In this document: positions 18,693 through 27,082 of the stretch, in pieces
Numbering within the stretch: the first letter of the stretch is position 1
Layout of the letters: every line of letters begins with the position of its first letter
NCBI GenBank assembly: GCA_964462555.1
Contig: CAYWXY010000004.1
Location: 1-45,194 of the forward strand
DNA from: an uncultured Pseudomonadota bacterium
GTDB taxonomy: Bacteria > UBA10199 > GCA-002796325 > CAYWXY01
DNA: 45,194 nucleotides
Reading direction: 5' to 3'
Notes under the pieces: generated by a model
Told to the model about the DNA's origin: nothing
Database searches by the model: none
Seen by the model: the letters and a program-made list of their open reading frames with translations, nothing else
Translations under genes and position numbers: made by a program

Positions 18693-18804
18693 AAATCTCA
18701 AATAACAAACTACAAATTACAATCAAATCCCAAATTACAATTTCAAAATTGTTTTTTTGGGCATTGTGATTTGTTTGTGATTTGTAATTTGAACATTGGA
18801 ATTT
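18693..18804. repeat. Family-H long hairpin repeat (CAAATTACAA-type), copy 1
   Basis: A G-free 5' arm (aaatctcaaataacaaactacaaattacaatcaaatcccaaattacaa) faces a C-poor 3' arm (tttgggcattgtgatttgtttgtgatttgtaatttgaacattggaattt). Homologous copies at 23166-23290 and 44032-44156. Confidence 0.7.
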
Positions 18805-18820
18805 ATCTAAGGAGGTTATC

Positions 18821-21289
18821 ATGACAAAGAAGCTGATCTTCATCTTAATGGCGATCATCATCCCCTTAACCACGGGGTGTGGTGGAGGCATGTTCACGAC
18901 CGACAACACGCCCGAAGGCGACGACATTGACGGTTCATACACAACGCCGTGGGGAAATGTCACGATCACAAAAAATGCCTTTATCTTTGGTAGTGACTAC
19001 CCGGCCGACATTGTTATTCCTGATGTTGACGGAATGCGGAGCACCGCCTTTGTTGTCAGCTTCATGTCGCCAAGTGGCGTCTTGGCCATTGACCTGGAGA
19101 CCAGCCCGCTTCAACTCTCCCAGAGTTTTGCTGGCGTCATTTCACCCAGCGGTACCGGCTTCCCGGGAAATCTATATATTATGAGTACGACGCGTGCATT
19201 CTTGCTGACCTCGTCGCATGTGATCGACTTCAACCCAACGACCGGCAATGTCAATACGACGGTTGAACTCCTGGGCGAACTCGACCTCGGCGCTTATCAT
19301 CCGATCTCTGGAAGTTTTGATGTCGATGGCGACGGCTCGGAGGAGGATGCTATCCAAACGGTCTCAATGAGCTATCCATCCGATCTCGCCGTTCAGGGTG
19401 ATAAACTTTTTATCACAATGTCGAACTTGATCAGCCCTATTCTTCCCGCAATTGCCGGACCCGGAACGGTTCGCGTTTTCCAAATCAATTCATCCAACCC
19501 ATACCTAACGGCGACCACGTCACCGATCATCACGTCCGATTTCAATCCGACTGGCGTCACACCACTTCCCGATGGAACAGTGGCCATTACCAATAGCGGT
19601 GTGTCGGACATTTTTGATGCCGTCGCCCACCCGATCACAAACTCGAGTATCGATATCATTGACCCTTCGACAAATACCATTACCGCTAATATTTCGCTCG
19701 GCGCGGCATCACTCTCGTTCAAAAGGCTTGCCGTTACATCCGATGGTTCGACGGCCTATGTCGGTAGTGCCTCATATGGTGAACTCTATGCCGTCGACCT
19801 CGAGAACCTAACGGTTCTCTATTCACACCAATCGCCAATCACGGTCACTGGAAACGACGCCGGAAGCGACTATTTTTCAGCAGTCGCCCTCAGTTATGAT
19901 GATTGGTATCTTTTTGCGGCAAGTTTTGATAACAGCGCCATCTATCCGGTCGATGCTAAGGCAACACCACCTGACGTTTTACCACTGGCATTCCCGAATC
20001 CCTTTACACTTGGATTTCCAAAGGGTGTGACGGCAGAAAATCCGACCGGCGTTAATACCGGCATTGGCGATATCGCCATTCGTCCCGGCATTCCAGGTGT
20101 CGACTATGATGGACCTGATATTTTTGCGATTACCGGGAACCCCGGAACACTCGTCACGATCAATACGCATGGCACAGAAGAAGGAAGTGCCCTCCAGATC
20201 AAGACGATGGAAATTGAACCGAGTGTTATCGAGGTAAACAGTATCGACGACCCGCTTCAACTCTCTCTAAAAATTGAATTTGGTGACGGAACGATTGTCG
20301 ACAATATTCACGACACGTTTACGAACCCATTTAGTGGCTATCCGACTCAGGTCAAATGGAAGTCGAGCAATCCTTCTGTTGCCACCATCAATCTTTCGGG
20401 GGCATTGATGCCGAAAGGGCTTGGCTCAACGACAATCTCAGCATCGATTGGACAACAGAGCGCCGAAGCCTCGCTCAATATCAATACATTCTCACCCAGT
20501 TCAAACAATCCACCGCCGGATGATGATCCAGAAGATCCCGAGGAACCTGTTGATGACCCTGAAGACCCGGAGGATCCCCAAATCTTCTATATCCCATATG
20601 TCCCAATAATTCACGTCTATATCGATCCCGATATTCTCGAGATCTTGATGAACCTCTATGGAAACCAGGATGATCCGGACGAGATTGAAATTTTGACCGA
20701 GGCACCTCCTGGAACGGACCCTTTTGCCGATGAAGTCACCGAGTTTAATCCCGGTGACGGCTTTGGTTTTGGAAATGACCAGTTCCCCGATATCGTCCTT
20801 GGATCTCCCGAGGGAAATAGCTCGGGGGGCGGGGGCATGGATGTCTTGTCTCTCGGCTTTGAGGGTGAAATCATTTTGGAGATGACCGACTTTATGATTG
20901 CGGATGGTGACGGCGTCGATTTTATTGTTTTCGAAAATGCCTTTTTTGCCGGCGGCAATCCAAACAATCCCTTTTCGGAACCTGCGATTGTGAGTGTCAG
21001 CGATGACGGCAACGACTTTGTTGCGTTTGATTGTTCGTGTAACACGGCCGACAAACCATTATACCCAGGTTGCGCGGGGACACTGCCAACATATGCCAGC
21101 TCCACCAATGGCATTGATGCGACAGATCCAGCTGTTGCCGGTGGCAACGCTTTTGATTTGGCCGACGTTGGCCTGGAGAGTGCTCGTTTTGTAATGATTA
21201 CGGATTGCGGTGTTAGTGGCAACTATAGCCCCACAGCCGGATTTGACCTCGACGCCATATCGGTGGTAAATGGAGCTTTAGTTGACTAG
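18821..21289 (+). CDS. Large lipoprotein: beta-propeller-like repeats + Big_2 Ig-like domain + acidic Pro/Asp linker + C-terminal globular domain; function unknown
   Basis: Lipobox PLTTGC after a signal peptide. Repeated strand-turn motifs are typical of YVTN/YncE-type propellers (LAVTSDGSTAYVGS.YGELYAVDL, IDIIDPSTNTITANISLG). Big_2-like VKWKSSNPSVATINLSGALMPKGLGSTTISA. Linker PPPDDDPEDPEEPVDDPEDPEDP. The C-terminal domain ends GFDLDAISVVNG. AAGGAGG SD. Confidence 0.8.
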   Translation: MTKKLIFILMAIIIPLTTGCGGGMFTTDNTPEGDDIDGSYTTPWGNVTITKNAFIFGSDYPADIVIPDVDGMRSTAFVVSFMSPSGVLAIDLETSPLQLSQSFAGVISPSGTGFPGNLYIMSTTRAFLLTSSHVIDFNPTTGNVNTTVELLGELDLGAYHPISGSFDVDGDGSEEDAIQTVSMSYPSDLAVQGDKLFITMSNLISPILPAIAGPGTVRVFQINSSNPYLTATTSPIITSDFNPTGVTPLPDGTVAITNSGVSDIFDAVAHPITNSSIDIIDPSTNTITANISLGAASLSFKRLAVTSDGSTAYVGSASYGELYAVDLENLTVLYSHQSPITVTGNDAGSDYFSAVALSYDDWYLFAASFDNSAIYPVDAKATPPDVLPLAFPNPFTLGFPKGVTAENPTGVNTGIGDIAIRPGIPGVDYDGPDIFAITGNPGTLVTINTHGTEEGSALQIKTMEIEPSVIEVNSIDDPLQLSLKIEFGDGTIVDNIHDTFTNPFSGYPTQVKWKSSNPSVATINLSGALMPKGLGSTTISASIGQQSAEASLNINTFSPSSNNPPPDDDPEDPEEPVDDPEDPEDPQIFYIPYVPIIHVYIDPDILEILMNLYGNQDDPDEIEILTEAPPGTDPFADEVTEFNPGDGFGFGNDQFPDIVLGSPEGNSSGGGGMDVLSLGFEGEIILEMTDFMIADGDGVDFIVFENAFFAGGNPNNPFSEPAIVSVSDDGNDFVAFDCSCNTADKPLYPGCAGTLPTYASSTNGIDATDPAVAGGNAFDLADVGLESARFVMITDCGVSGNYSPTAGFDLDAISVVNGALVD

Positions 21290-21331
21290 TTACTAGTGGG
21301 GAAGTTTTCAGTTATTAGTAGGGAATTAATA

Positions 21332-22171
21332 ATGAGACAACTCAATTACATTTTGTTTGTATTAATCCTGTTCTTTCCGGTCATATCCTCAACTTCCGAA
21401 CTTCCCCACTTCCCCACTTCCCCACTTCCAAAGCGAATTATTTCGCTCAAACCAAACATCACCGAACTTCTTTTCGAGATTGGAGCAGGAGATCAGGTGG
21501 TTGGTGTCACCACATGGTGCGACAAACCGGAGGCCGCAAAAAAACTGCCAAAGGTCGCCGACTACATTAAACCCAATGTCGAAATGATCATGGCCTTAAA
21601 GCCTGATCTTGTCGTTACTTCTACGGAAAACAGCATCAAGACACCGATCGATGTCATAGAAAAATTGGGCGTGCCGGTCTTGCTTCTTCCGTTTCAGAGC
21701 ATTGACGATCTTGTCGCGTCAACGAAGAAACTCGGTGATGCAACGGGACACGGCAAGGAGGCAACAGACTTAATTCGTAATATCAATGACATCACAGCGA
21801 ATAAAACAGCAAATGACCGCAAAACATTGATTATCGTTGGCAAGCGCCCACTTATCGCGGCGGGTCCTAAGACATTCTTAAGTCAGCTCATCCATCTGTC
21901 GGGCGGAAAGAATATTATCGAGAGCAAGATTCCCTACCCCCATGTTAATATGGAACTGGTTCTCGCAAGCAATCCCGACGTTATCATCGACCTCTCGATG
22001 GGGAGTGAAGATGGATCAAAAAACTCACTCAATAGATGGAAACAATATCCGATCACGGCATCGAAGAAAGACCAAATTTATACGCTAAACATATCGGATT
22101 TTCGAATCGGACCGGGACTCATTAAACAGATAGCAACATTAAAAAAGATCCTTGGAGAGAATGACAACTAA
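21332..22171 (+). CDS. btuF: Periplasmic cobalamin/siderophore-type ABC substrate-binding protein
   Basis: KRIISLKPNITELLFEIGAGDQVVGVT.WCD.P......PKV......N.E.I.ALKPDLV is a BtuF/FecB-type motif. I chose the ATG at 21332 (signal peptide MRQLNYILFVLILFFPVISS) over the GTG at 21296. Confidence 0.8.
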   Translation: MRQLNYILFVLILFFPVISSTSELPHFPTSPLPKRIISLKPNITELLFEIGAGDQVVGVTTWCDKPEAAKKLPKVADYIKPNVEMIMALKPDLVVTSTENSIKTPIDVIEKLGVPVLLLPFQSIDDLVASTKKLGDATGHGKEATDLIRNINDITANKTANDRKTLIIVGKRPLIAAGPKTFLSQLIHLSGGKNIIESKIPYPHVNMELVLASNPDVIIDLSMGSEDGSKNSLNRWKQYPITASKKDQIYTLNISDFRIGPGLIKQIATLKKILGENDN

Positions 22172-23160
22172 TGGCGCATTTGACTCGGAAAAAATATTGG
22201 ACGATCAATGGGATCTGCTTTCTCTTCTTGGTTGTCGTTTGTCTCGTCACGCTCAACATCGGCCCCGAATCGGCCACACTCTTTTCTGGAACCGGCGACT
22301 CACTCGGTCATCATATTATTTTTCTGACGCGCCTGCCGCGCATCCTTCTCGGTCTCTTAGTCGGAATGGCGCTCGCCTCATCCGGGACCGCGTTTCAGTC
22401 GCTCCTTAGAAATCCTCTGGCTGATCCTTATATATTAGGTGTTTCCGGTGGTGCCGCACTCGGCAGCGTGATTGGCGTCAGCCTGGGCCTCCCCTTCCTG
22501 CTCGTCTCGGGCATCGCCTTCGCCTCAGCCTTTTTATCGATGCTTCTCATCTATTGGATCGCGGAATCGAAGGGACGCCTTCCCGCGCATACACTTTTAC
22601 TTACCGGCGTCATTTTCAACGCCTTTGCCTTTGCACTCATCATGTTGATCCATTCGCTGGTCACAATGGAGCAGGCCCACGAGATTCTCTTTCTCCTGAT
22701 TGGGAGTCTGGAACTTTACTCCTATTCAACAATCGCCGTTATTGCCGTTGCTGTGTTGACCGGTTTCATTTTGTTAAATCTATTTTCAAACAAACTCAAC
22801 CTGATGGCGATGGGGGATCGAACGGCCTTTGATCTTGGGATCAACATTGAACGCTTCCGACGTCTGACATTTTTTTCGGCATCACTGATGATCGGCGCCG
22901 TTGTGTCGGTGAGCGGCCTGATCGGCTTTGTAGGAATCTTCATCCCACACATGCTTCGAATGATTTTAGGACCCGATCATCGACTACTCGTACCCACGGC
23001 GGGACTCGTCGGCGGGGCTTTTCTGATCATCGCCGACACCATTGCACGAACATTACTATCAAGTGGCGCTTATCAAACAGAGCTTCCCGTCGGCGTCATT
23101 ACGGCACTGATTGGCGGACCATTTTTTGTATATATATTGAAGAGGCAACTGAAGACATAG
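22171..23160 (+). CDS. btuC: FecCD/BtuC-family ABC permease
   Basis: 329 aa, about 9-10 TM segments, RLPRILLGLLVGMALA..G..FQ...RNPLADPYILGVSGGA motif. TAATG overlap with the btuF stop. Confidence 0.85.
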   Translation: MAHLTRKKYWTINGICFLFLVVVCLVTLNIGPESATLFSGTGDSLGHHIIFLTRLPRILLGLLVGMALASSGTAFQSLLRNPLADPYILGVSGGAALGSVIGVSLGLPFLLVSGIAFASAFLSMLLIYWIAESKGRLPAHTLLLTGVIFNAFAFALIMLIHSLVTMEQAHEILFLLIGSLELYSYSTIAVIAVAVLTGFILLNLFSNKLNLMAMGDRTAFDLGINIERFRRLTFFSASLMIGAVVSVSGLIGFVGIFIPHMLRMILGPDHRLLVPTAGLVGGAFLIIADTIARTLLSSGAYQTELPVGVITALIGGPFFVYILKRQLKT

Positions 23161-23165
23161 GAGGC

Positions 23166-23290
23166 AAACCACAAATTACAAGCAACAAATTACAAACAAT
23201 ATACAATGACCAAAATCACAATTAACAAACCCTATTGTTTGGGTCATTGCGATTTGGAATTTGTTTGTGATTTGGAATTTGTGCATTGAA
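23166..23290. repeat. Family-H long hairpin repeat, copy 2 (inside the operon, between btuC and btuD)
   Basis: cacaaattacaagcaacaaattacaaacaatatacaatgaccaaaa ... tttgggtcattgcgatttggaatttgtttgtgatttggaatttgtg. The arms are imperfectly complementary. The 3' arm contains a 17-nt direct duplication (gatttggaatttgt twice). Confidence 0.7.
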
Positions 23291-23294
23291 ATTT

Positions 23295-24077
23295 ATGATT
23301 ACAATCAAAAATATATCCTTTTCTTATGGGGTTGAAACGATCATTCGGGACCTCTCCCTTGGCGTGGAGAAGGGTTCGTGGGTCGGCCTGATTGGGCCGA
23401 ATGGTGCGGGAAAGACAACGCTTTTACAGTTGATTAGTGGGGCACTTACCCCCTCCTCCGGACAAATCACAATCGATCAACACGATATTCATGCATATTC
23501 GCGCCGCGAAATGGCGAAGAAAATTGCAGTCGTTCCACAGGGCGCCTCTTTTGCATTCTCTTTCTCAACGCTCGAGATCGTTTTGATGGGGCGCGCACCC
23601 TATCTCAAACATTTTGGTTTCGAGACACCAAACGACCTCGAGGCTGCGAAGCGTGCGATGGAGCTGACCGACACGTGGCAGTTTCGAGACCGACCCATTG
23701 ATCAACTCTCGGGTGGCGAACGTCAACGCGTCTTGATTGCGCGCGCACTCACCCAAGAGCCGGAGATTCTCCTCCTCGACGAACCAACGACCTTTCTCGA
23801 CATTCGACACCAGGTTGACATCATGGGAATCCTCACCGATCTTAATCGAAGAAGTTCGATCACGATCATCTCGGCGATCCACGATATCAACCTGGCAATC
23901 TCGTATTGCAACACGATCGCCCTCCTTCACGATGGAAAGATCCGGGTCGAAGGCAAACCTGAAAATGTCATCACGTATGCCAACCTAAAAGAGATCTTTG
24001 CGACCGATGTTTATGTTGGCGTTAATGAATTTACCGGAAAACCGTACTATGTCCCGATGCAACGGGATGGAGAATAG
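23295..24077 (+). CDS. btuD: ABC transporter ATP-binding protein (BtuD/FepC type)
   Basis: Walker A GPNGAGKTT, signature LSGGERQR, Walker B LLLDEP. I chose the ATG at 23295 (MITIKNISFSYG). Confidence 0.85.
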   Translation: MITIKNISFSYGVETIIRDLSLGVEKGSWVGLIGPNGAGKTTLLQLISGALTPSSGQITIDQHDIHAYSRREMAKKIAVVPQGASFAFSFSTLEIVLMGRAPYLKHFGFETPNDLEAAKRAMELTDTWQFRDRPIDQLSGGERQRVLIARALTQEPEILLLDEPTTFLDIRHQVDIMGILTDLNRRSSITIISAIHDINLAISYCNTIALLHDGKIRVEGKPENVITYANLKEIFATDVYVGVNEFTGKPYYVPMQRDGE

Positions 24078-24659
24078 ATGCGATTTAGAATATCGACAGC
24101 CTGGGTTACCTCGTTTCTTTTTCATGCGGCGTTGATCGGACTCATCGTCTGGGTGAGCGTCAATACACCGGAACGCGCGGCGGGATCCGAGGATTACATT
24201 GTGGCCGTTGATATTTTGCAGGAAATGCCTGATGCAACTTCGGGGGTTCAAAAGGAAAGCATACCCGAACCGGAGAAAAAGGGAGAACGTCCCACCCGGC
24301 AAGAAATGACAAAAAGAGAGCGCTCGAAGGATGGAGGCAAGGCAAAGGGCTCGCTTCAGGCCACAACACCACTGCGAAGCGTCGGCGGTGGTGGCTCGAA
24401 TCAGATACTCACAAAGATCAAGGCCAAGATCGAATCTTCCAAGCGCTACCCTCGAATCGCCCTCAAGAAGAAGCTCGAGGGCCGACCGACCGTCCTTTTT
24501 GAGATCAATCCGGATGGCTCGATTCGTTACGTCCAGATCGCGCGAAGTTCTGGAGAAACCGTCTTGGATAATGCTGCGCTTGAAACAGTCCGGCGCGCCG
24601 CCCCACTCCCCAATTATCCCAAGCCGATCCAGCTCGCGATCCGCTACGAACTTCGATGA
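24078..24659 (+). CDS. tonB: TonB-family energy transducer
   Basis: N-terminal TM anchor (FLFHAALIGLIVWVSV), a charged linker and a TonB C-terminal domain (YPRIALKKKLEGRPTVLFEINPDGSI..V.I.RSSG...LD.AALE.VRRA.PLP). The ATG directly follows the btuD TAG. Confidence 0.8.
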   Translation: MRFRISTAWVTSFLFHAALIGLIVWVSVNTPERAAGSEDYIVAVDILQEMPDATSGVQKESIPEPEKKGERPTRQEMTKRERSKDGGKAKGSLQATTPLRSVGGGGSNQILTKIKAKIESSKRYPRIALKKKLEGRPTVLFEINPDGSIRYVQIARSSGETVLDNAALETVRRAAPLPNYPKPIQLAIRYELR

Positions 24660-24660
24660 T

Positions 24661-24745
24661 TCTCCCCTCCCTTGACGGGAGGGGATTAAGGGAGGGTGAA
24701 GACCTCACCCCCTCCCTAACCCTCCCCCATCCAGGGGGAGGGAAC
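24661..24745. repeat. Cluster of three G/C-rich hairpins (CCCTCCC/GGGAGGG type); the first is the probable operon terminator
   Basis: tcccctccc-ttgac-gggagggga (24663-24685); agggagggtga...tcaccccctccct (24688-24718); ccctccccc-atcca-gggggaggg (24720-24742). Related to the element inside fmt at 43130-43198. Confidence 0.6.
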
Positions 24746-24760
24746 ATTGTTCCGAAACTC

Positions 24761-24789
24761 TAGACAAAGGATGTCACCCCCGGTATATA
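24761..24789 (+). promoter_or_regulatory. Candidate sigma-70 promoter of asnS (TAGACA-N17-TATATA)
   Basis: Hexamers at 24761-24766 and 24784-24789. SD CAGGAGGA at 24799-24806, ATG at 24814. Confidence 0.35.
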
Positions 24790-24813
24790 CATTGCTTCAG
24801 GAGGAACGGAAAT

Positions 24814-26109
24814 ATGACCAAGTGGATTCTCGCAGCAGATATTGCGAAATATGTCGGAAAAGAAGTGATTCTCAAGGGTTGGGCGTTTAACAAGCGAAGC
24901 TCGGGCAAAATCGCCTTCATTCAGCTTCGAGATGGCACCGGCCTGATACAGGTCGTGATCGAGAAAAAATCGATTCCGGCCGAAAGTTGGGACCTGGTCG
25001 ACCAGATCACGCTCGAATCATCGATCATCTGCACCGGAACCGTCAGCAAACATCCGAAAAAAGAGGAGTACGAACTTCAGTGCAGCTCGTTAGAGGTCGT
25101 TAATATCGCGGGGGAATATCCGATTGGAAAAAAAGAACACGGTCCCGGCTTTCTCCTCGACCATCGTCACCTCTGGCTTCGTTCCGGCAGGCAGTGGGCG
25201 ATTCAGCGCATCCGCAACACCGTTATCAATGCCACCTATGAATGGATGGCCAAGCATCATTTTATCAAGATTGACTCTCCTATTCTAACACCGGCCGCCT
25301 GCGAAGGGACAACGACGCTCTTCGAAGTCGACTACTTCGATCTCGGTAAGGCCTACCTATCGCAATCGGGCCAGCTCTATCTTGAGGCCGCTATCGCATC
25401 ACACGGCCGTGTTTTTGATTTTGGCCCGGTCTTTCGCGCCGAAAAAAGCAAAACGCGTCGTCACTTAATTGAGTTTTGGATGATGGACGCCGAGGCCGCC
25501 TTTGTTGAACATGCAGGAAACATGGAAATCCAAGAACAATTAATCACATATGTTGTAAAATCGGTCCTTAAGAGAAACGCAATCGAACTCAAGATCCTGG
25601 AACGCGACATCGCGACACTTGAAAAGATCGAGGCGCCGTTTCCACGCATGACTCACGCCGAAGCCGTCAAGAAACTTCAGGGAATGGGGTCTAAAATCGG
25701 CGATAATGACGACTTGGGTGCAGAAGATGAAACAATGATCGTCGAGGGTCTCGATAAACCGCTCTTTATCGAAAAATATCCGGCCGAAATCAAGGCCTTC
25801 TACATGAAACGTGACCCCGAGAACGAAAAACTGGCGCTTTGTTCTGATCTGATCGCGCCCGAAGGATACGGTGAAATTATCGGTGGCTCCGAACGTGAAG
25901 ACGACTATGAGACACTCATCAAGCGCATTGACGAGCACAATCTCCCGCGCGACGCATTTAAGTGGTACCTCGAGCTTAGAGAATATGGTACAGTGCCGCA
26001 CAGTGGTTTTGGTTACGGCCTCGAACGAATCGTTGGCTGGCTCTCTGGAACCAAACATATCCGTGAGACCATTCCGTTTCCGAGACTGATTAATCGAATT
26101 GGGCCATAA
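24814..26109 (+). CDS. asnS: Asparagine--tRNA ligase
   Basis: Class IIb synthetase with an OB-fold N-terminus. AsnRS-type motif 2 region GPVFRAEKSKTRRHLIEFWMMDAE and motif 3 GFGYGLERIVGW. Confidence 0.9.
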   Translation: MTKWILAADIAKYVGKEVILKGWAFNKRSSGKIAFIQLRDGTGLIQVVIEKKSIPAESWDLVDQITLESSIICTGTVSKHPKKEEYELQCSSLEVVNIAGEYPIGKKEHGPGFLLDHRHLWLRSGRQWAIQRIRNTVINATYEWMAKHHFIKIDSPILTPAACEGTTTLFEVDYFDLGKAYLSQSGQLYLEAAIASHGRVFDFGPVFRAEKSKTRRHLIEFWMMDAEAAFVEHAGNMEIQEQLITYVVKSVLKRNAIELKILERDIATLEKIEAPFPRMTHAEAVKKLQGMGSKIGDNDDLGAEDETMIVEGLDKPLFIEKYPAEIKAFYMKRDPENEKLALCSDLIAPEGYGEIIGGSEREDDYETLIKRIDEHNLPRDAFKWYLELREYGTVPHSGFGYGLERIVGWLSGTKHIRETIPFPRLINRIGP

Positions 26110-26119
26110 GAAGGATTTA

Positions 26120-27082
26120 ATGGACGTCATCCCAAGAGATTCGCACGATCACCATCGCAGCTTTAATAAAAAACGCCTGATTTATGCCATCATCATCACG
26201 CTGATTACACTCGTCATCGAGGTTGTCGGTGGAATCCTGACAAACTCGCTCGCGCTCCTCTCCGACGCCGCGCATATGTTCTCTCACCTCTTTGCGCTCG
26301 GCATCAGTTACGTTGCAATCTGGATCTCGCTCAAACCGGCCAGCTCCGACATGACGTATGGCTACTATCGTGCTGAAATTCTCGCTGCGTTTATTAACGG
26401 TCTCACGCTCTTTCTGATTGTTGGTTTCATTCTTCACGGCGCCTATGAACGTTTTTATAATCCGCTCGATATCAAGGCCGGTCACATGTTGGTCGTTGCT
26501 ATTATCGGTCTCGTTGTCAATATCGCTACGGCGATACTTCTCCATAGCGGCAGCAAAGAGGATATCAACATCAAGGGGGCCTTTCTTCACGCCCTCGGCG
26601 ACATGATTTCATCGATCGGTGTTGTGGTGGCCGCTATCGTTATCCACTTCACCAACTTCTATCTTCTCGATACGATCGTCAGTGTTTTTATCGCCCTGAT
26701 CATTATATATTGGGCGTTCAAACTCATTCGTGATTCCGCGCATATCTTATTGGAAGGATTCCCGCGGGAACTCAATATGGAGGCCGTCAAAAAGACGGTT
26801 CATGATATCATTGGGCGACCGATCTATATTCATCACATTCACGTTTGGCAGATTAGCACACGAATCTATGCCTTCACGTGTCATATTTCAATCGACGATA
26901 TCGACCAACACGAAGCCACGTATCTCCTCCGAACGATTCGCGACGCACTCGATGAGCAGCACAATATTCATCATACGACGATCCAATTTCAGTGCAAGTC
27001 GTGTGGCGGCGCAGAGAATTCAGAAGATATCGACAAACAAACATGTTTTGACCCGGATAAAGACGATGACATCCGATCCTAA
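26120..27082 (+). CDS. Cation diffusion facilitator family transporter (CzcD/ZitB-like)
   Basis: LLSDAAHMFSH, YGYYRAEILAAF..G and HALGDM motifs, six TM segments and a cytoplasmic C-terminal domain. The ATG at 26120 follows AAGGA. Confidence 0.85.
   Translation: MDVIPRDSHDHHRSFNKKRLIYAIIITLITLVIEVVGGILTNSLALLSDAAHMFSHLFALGISYVAIWISLKPASSDMTYGYYRAEILAAFINGLTLFLIVGFILHGAYERFYNPLDIKAGHMLVVAIIGLVVNIATAILLHSGSKEDINIKGAFLHALGDMISSIGVVVAAIVIHFTNFYLLDTIVSVFIALIIIYWAFKLIRDSAHILLEGFPRELNMEAVKKTVHDIIGRPIYIHHIHVWQISTRIYAFTCHISIDDIDQHEATYLLRTIRDALDEQHNIHHTTIQFQCKSCGGAENSEDIDKQTCFDPDKDDDIRS

Noticed and set aside
18693-18804. The CAAATTACAA-rich repeats here, at 23166-23290 and at 44032-44156 might be a CRISPR array or tandem-repeat locus.
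   Set aside because: There is no regular repeat-spacer periodicity. Each locus is a single inverted repeat (two complementary arms), the loci are kilobases apart, and no cas genes are present.
20656-21222. 188-aa antisense ORF, and similar long antisense ORFs at 5443-5979, 10913-11587, 14866-15378, 16703-17239, 25540-26130, 26117-26590 and 34712-35185.
   Set aside because: All are fully embedded opposite well-supported genes with recognisable family motifs. They have biased Ser/Arg/Pro-rich composition and lack SD sequences. They are most likely shadow ORFs.
26730-27065. Long 351-aa ORF suggesting a larger RluA-family protein.
   Set aside because: The upstream 112 codons are an alternative-frame read-through of the CDF transporter gene. 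The synthase homology begins at MTSDPNIIHEDRH (ATG 27066).
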